Source: Amoebophrya sp. A120 (lineage: Eukaryota; Protista; Dinoflagellata). Taken from it: 64,000 nucleotides of DNA. Position numbers and translations under genes: made by a program. Below, piece after piece: positions 59,303 to 64,000 of this stretch. Under the pieces are notes generated by a model. That model searched no databases, was not told where the DNA came from, and saw only the letters and a program-made list of their open reading frames with translations. Position 1 is the stretch's first letter; each line of letters begins with the position of its first letter. The stretch covers positions 6,676,476-6,740,475 of the forward strand of contig CAJINV010000002.1 of NCBI GenBank assembly GCA_905178155.1, in the 5' to 3' direction.

Positions 59303-62300
59303 ATGAAAAAAACAGACAAGATGATGGGGCGGGCTCAGGCGCAGCGGGGCTTTCGCTTTCCTTTTGTGGTTACTCTTGTCTTCGCGACGTGTTGTCGCTT
59401 TGCCTATGGTGGGGAGACTACGTCAGCAACATCACACGTGCATCTTGAAGATGTCTCCTCCCCGTCCGCGATCGAGGAGGATCATGTTCATGTGAGGATT
59501 CCTTCGGGCACGACGATGACTTCACCCCCAGAGCAACTTCGAGAGCCCGCTGTCAAAAACATTCAAGGCGGACCTAGTCCTCCGAACCCGTGCGAAGTGG
59601 CTCTGCGAGAGCAAGTGCGAGGCACGACTTTGACGCAATTCGGAAAATTACTGCTCTTCGGTACGGGAAAACAAATTCCATACGACGCAGGAAAGTACAA
59701 GTTTTGCCGAGCACTGGAAAACGCAAAGTATTTCCTGGCGGAGTTCCAGTACCAGTATGTCAACGGGGGTGAGGTGGAGGAGGAGCAACAGCAGAAGCAA
59801 GGATATCATGGCGCTTTTACGAAAGAGGACGGCACCAACGTTGTCGAAAATCTGCTTGCGCCAGCAGTTTCTGAAGTGCTTTCGCGAACGACCATATCAC
59901 AGGATGATCGGGAGGACAAAATTCTTGAGAAAAACGATGGGCAGCACCCATTGTTCTCGTTCCCGAGAAACATCATTCTCGATGCCCTCAATCCCATGCT
60001 TCAAACCGAAGACTTGTTGACGGGAAATAAACTGTTTGCAAACCCGGCGATAATTGATGCCCGCCGAGGACATCCGAATCTTCACGCAGCTCCGAATAAA
60101 GCCTTGGCCATCCCGATGAAACTGGGTCTGTGCCTTCCCGCGACGCACGTGGTCAATAACAAGCGCCTCCCAGCTTGCACGAAACAAACCGTACACGACA
60201 TGCTGCAAGACTGGATGCGACCCAAAGCGGCTGCGCGAAGAGGCTCGAAACTTTCGTCCGCATCAGCAAGCCATGAAGCCGAACTGCAGACACAAACCAC
60301 GACCAAACTGGAAGATGAAGATCAAGATGATTCAAACACCCGTCTGCTCAGCGCCGTCATTCCCACCGATTCCAAGCAAAAGGACGCGACCAAAGTGCAA
60401 ATCACCTGCCCCGAGGAGGACACGGTGACTTCCCTCGATGACTACGCGATCGCGTCTATCGGCTTTCTCGGGCTATTGCTTTTGACAGTCATTACCGCGA
60501 CCTTCCGGGTGCAGGTTTTCGAAGCTGCGATGGAAAAGTACGAGAAAAATGTCAGGCTGCAATCGGAACTGGATCGGAGACTAGTGGAGAGTTACTGCAG
60601 CAACAGCGTGTCGACGAGCAGTTTGCTGAACAGCAGTTATCCAAGTTCGGAAGTCGGTGGTGGGGAAAATAATGATGTTTTGGTCGTCAACGCCGAGACC
60701 ATTCAGACACCGAGAGGAATGGAAGATGGTACTCTTTCTAGTACTGAAGTAGATGTATGCAACTTTTATTGCCTAAGCGTAGTTAGGTAAATGGTACAGA
60801 CTTGTTTTTTGTGATTGATATTCAAGATTCGTGATGAGCAAGACATGTTGACAATTACAAATCAGAAACAGGCTCTACCGACGGCACGCCCAGTACGGCA
60901 TCGTCACCAAACGAAGCGGAGCCAACATCACAAGCTACTACACCTAGAGGAGCCACAGCAGCAGCACCTGCAGTTGTTTCGTCATCCTCTGCAAAACAAG
61001 CAAAGCAGCTCAACACGGGCACCGCGTCCCGGCCGCTTCTCATCGTCGACACGCTGATGGAGCGACGGTTAGAGGAGCAGACCACCATCCCACAACTCCC
61101 CCGTCCGATCGCCCCACCACTATGGGCGAAAGCGTTTGCGCTGTTTGGGAAGACAGGGACGTTGACGAAGTTGTTTCAGACAAATACGAACACAGGAAGA
61201 AAAAACAATTCGCCCAGAAAACCCCACACCAACGACCGGCCGACGGATTGTCTGAACGGAATGCGGGTTTTGTCTATGCTCTGGATCTATCAAATGCAAA
61301 AATGTCTGGGTCTGGAAGAGTCCAAGACTTGTGATGCAGGTTTTCCATGACCCGTGAGGTCTGGAATGCGAGACCCAGCATGACAAATTCTTTGAGGTCT
61401 CTATCATGCCTTTCCTGCGTGAGAAACTCCCTCTCAGCTTGGTCAAAAGCGGACAGCTTTTGGCACTCACGCAACACAGATTTTTGCATCATTCAGATTT
61501 AGCATGACAGGTTCTAATCTTCCCGACCCAGACATTTCTACATTTGATAGGATCATCCTTGGCCATACCTTTCTCATGCCCGAAGGCCTCACCGGCTACA
61601 GCAACAACGAGGACATCGCGAGCATCATGCGACCGTTCGTGACCGCTGACTTCAGTAGCGAGACCGCGCCCTGGCTGATGTTTGTGCTCGCTGCGGAATT
61701 TGGGGTGGACAGCTTTTTCTTCATGAGCGGGTTTTTGCTCTCCTTGCTGCAACTACAAGAGCTGGAGAAGAAGCACGGGAAGAGGAGTATCAGGGATAGA
61801 AGAAGTGGATCATCTGCTGAAAATTCTACAAATCGCAGGCCGTCCCTCTTCCAACACTTCAAAAAGTGGCTTTTTGGCTTGTTCCAGCGGTACGTCCGGT
61901 TGACCCCAAGCCTGGCACTGGCTTTGATGCTGTACTACAAAGTTCTCTACTTTTTCGTCGCGATTGGCGACCAAGGGAGCAGCGCTGTTCCTGTCGATGG
62001 TGATAGCATCGTGCAATCTGTCCCCTCCTCCGGGCCTTTCGTCCCCTTACTGCAAGACTCGATCAAGAACAAGTGCGATTCCTCCTGGTGGAGCGAACTC
62101 AGCTACACGGTGAATTTCATCCCCTTTGACTCCGACAAGGTCTGCATGGGCTGGAGCTGGTACCTGGGGAATGACATGCTGTTTTTCGCAGTGGGCACGG
62201 TAATTGTGCCGCTTTACTTTCACAAGTCGAAACTGCATGGGGTTATTCTCCTGCTCACGTTTCTCCTCGCCGCTGTCGGGATCACGACCTACCTGATTTA

Positions 62301-62913
62301 CCACTACCATTTATCCCCTTATCTCTTCGACCGGCACTACCTGGACTACAGCTATTACGCTTATTCGAAGCCCTACTGCCGGATCGGCGCTTATCTGATC
62401 GGGTTAGCGACCGCGTGGCACGTGCTGGAGCGGGAAGAAAAGCAAGACCATGCGAGGTTTTTCGGCAGTAAAAGGGCGAGCGTGTTTTTGCTACTGGCTT
62501 TTTCCGTTTTGGCGGTGTTGATCTTCATTCCGGCAACGGACGGGGGGGAGAACAAAAACAGCTGGTCCGATTTGGAGTCGAATTTGATGCTGAATTTCGG
62601 CCGGCTTTTCTGGGCCGGGTGTCTGGCCGTGATCGTCACGCATTGCTATTTTGGGCACTATCCGTTCATTGACAGCGTCTTAGCGCACGAGATCTTCACG
62701 CCTTTAACGAGATTGTGCTACGGGGCGTATCTGTGCCATCCGTTGGTGATCAAGTATTTTGCCGGGACCAGCCTGCAATTTTACAACTTCGACCTGCATA
62801 CGATCTTCTCCCAGTTTCTCCTACACACGGTTTTGTCGTTTTTACTCGCGGTGGTCTTGTGGTGTCTGGCTGAAAGGCCAGTGATGACCATTGCAGGCGC
62901 TTATTTGAAGTAG
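59303..62913 (+). CDS. NRF-6-like / acyltransferase-3 family membrane O-acyltransferase. Exons ~59303-60755, ~60872-61287, 61555-62913
   Basis: CLNGMRVLSMLWI-ILGHT, GVDSFFFMSGFL, RYVRLTP, CMGWSWYLGNDM, KPYCRIGAYLIG and PLTRLCYGAYLCHP are characteristic motifs. Cys-containing N-terminal luminal region (GKYKFC, LGLCLP..C). Start codon and first intron boundaries uncertain. Confidence 0.85.
60756..60871 (+). other. Intron with unresolved boundaries
   Basis: AT-rich gap with a frame change. Acceptor AG at 60865 or 60871 needs a phase-1 donor (GT at 60729 or 60741, or a TA start at 60756). No clear TSD. Confidence 0.5.
61288..61549. mobile_element. Introner, singleton (262 bp)
   Basis: 32-bp TIR with 3 mismatches (TATCAAATGCAAAAATGTCTGGGTCTGGAAGA) and perfect TSD GGATC. 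Removing 267 nt rebuilds the conserved LWIILGHT motif. Confidence 0.95.
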
Positions 62914-64000
62914 CCATAGAAATGTACTGTTTACGTTTTCATCTGATTTTTCTGCACCGGCAAGGAACATGTGGACATGAACACGAAGACGATCGACAAG
63001 AGCGACGAAGTCAAAGAAATTTCAGAGTCGACGAACAGCAGACGCTCGCTTACTTATAGCAGCACACTAACACGAGCTGCCACGTATACTACTTTGGAAT
63101 CAAAAGATTTATTTGATGCGCTTTCTGGTGGAGCTGGATGGTCTGGTGTGGCTAGTGCGTTTTGCTTTCCCATTTAAAGAAATGCACAACGTACAAAATC
63201 TTGTCCGCGGACAAGCAATGAAGATGTTGCGGCGCAGCTCGGCCCCCGGACTTCTCGATTGATCGTCCTCGCTCTGAATCATCTAAATCTTCTTCGATCG
63301 TTTTTTTTTGCATCGTTAGTTTGGTGTTTAACATTTCAAGTCGCTCGGCACCAGGATCAGGAACATGAACATTCGTTCGAGGTTGTCGCTTTGCTCGGAA
63401 GCGACTGTCAATGTGACAATGTCGGTGCAGGAGGAAGGAAGTTTGTACCTCTGACAAGTAACTTCGCATCGTCTGACAAGGGGATTGTAAGTGGGGAAAC
63501 TGACTGATGATCGTGATTCGCCTTCCAGCGTTGTTGCATTTGTCTTGTCGTGTGATGTTTTCGTTTGGGATTGTTTCTAGTTTGGATTTGATGTTCCTGT
63601 TGGTGTTTCAATATTAGTTTATCTGTATTGCTCCTGGTCCTGCTACTCTGCAGTTGTCGTTTGTCATTCTCTAGGTTCGTACTTCCTAGGCACCACATTC
63701 AGGACAAGCACCAAGCGAGATTGCATACACACAGTAATTATTTGAAACTTCTTCTGTGTCATGAAGGTCGAAGTAGAAGTATTCCGAGTCGCGGAAGGGA
63801 GCACGGAAGTCACGCGACGGGAAAAAAAATTCGTAGTGGAAGTCAACGGCACACCCGGCGTGCGCACTTGGTGCTCAGAAATCCAGCACGCTGCAAGGGA
63901 GAGGTTTGGAATCCCCCTCGAAGCGCAGCACGTTACGACGCCAAGGCTGGTCCTCTTTAGCTTGATCTACCCGTGCCACTATGGCATAGGAAGCATCCGG

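Noticed and set aside
60751-60871. Sixteenth introner starting TAT at 60756
   Set aside because: No matching TSD or convincing TIR was found, so it is kept only as an unresolved intron.
1-64000. Autonomous transposase, reverse transcriptase or recombinase serving the introners
   Set aside because: No DDE, RT, tyrosine-recombinase or HUH motifs were recognised by eye in any ORF. A profile search of the hypothetical proteins would be needed to exclude them.

Overview
This window is eukaryotic genomic DNA, not prokaryotic. It holds about 11 large protein-coding genes, all on the + strand. Recognisable products are a double GT25-like glycosyltransferase, an ATP-grasp-fold enzyme, a 2OG-Fe(II) oxygenase, a gamma-glutamylcyclotransferase-like protein, a DUF3431-like secreted protein and an NRF-6/acyltransferase-3 protein; the rest are large hypotheticals. 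The ORF track looks broken because the genes are interrupted by 7 canonical GT-AG introns, one intron with unresolved boundaries, and 15 transposon-like 'introner' insertions. Each insertion has terminal inverted repeats (nearly all starting TAT and ending ATA) and a 5-bp target-site duplication (TSD). Removing the element plus one TSD copy restores the reading frame in all 15 cases, yet only one of the 15 can be read as GT-AG. Three multi-copy families occur in both orientations, most elements share an internal GCATnACA motif, and two are swollen by nested satellite or palindrome arrays (3.3 kb and 1.2 kb). The architecture matches what is published for the parasitic dinoflagellate Amoebophrya (non-canonical introns with inverted and direct repeats, unidirectional gene clusters), but that taxon assignment is inference. 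All splicing is deduced from frame restoration by eye; no transcript data were available.
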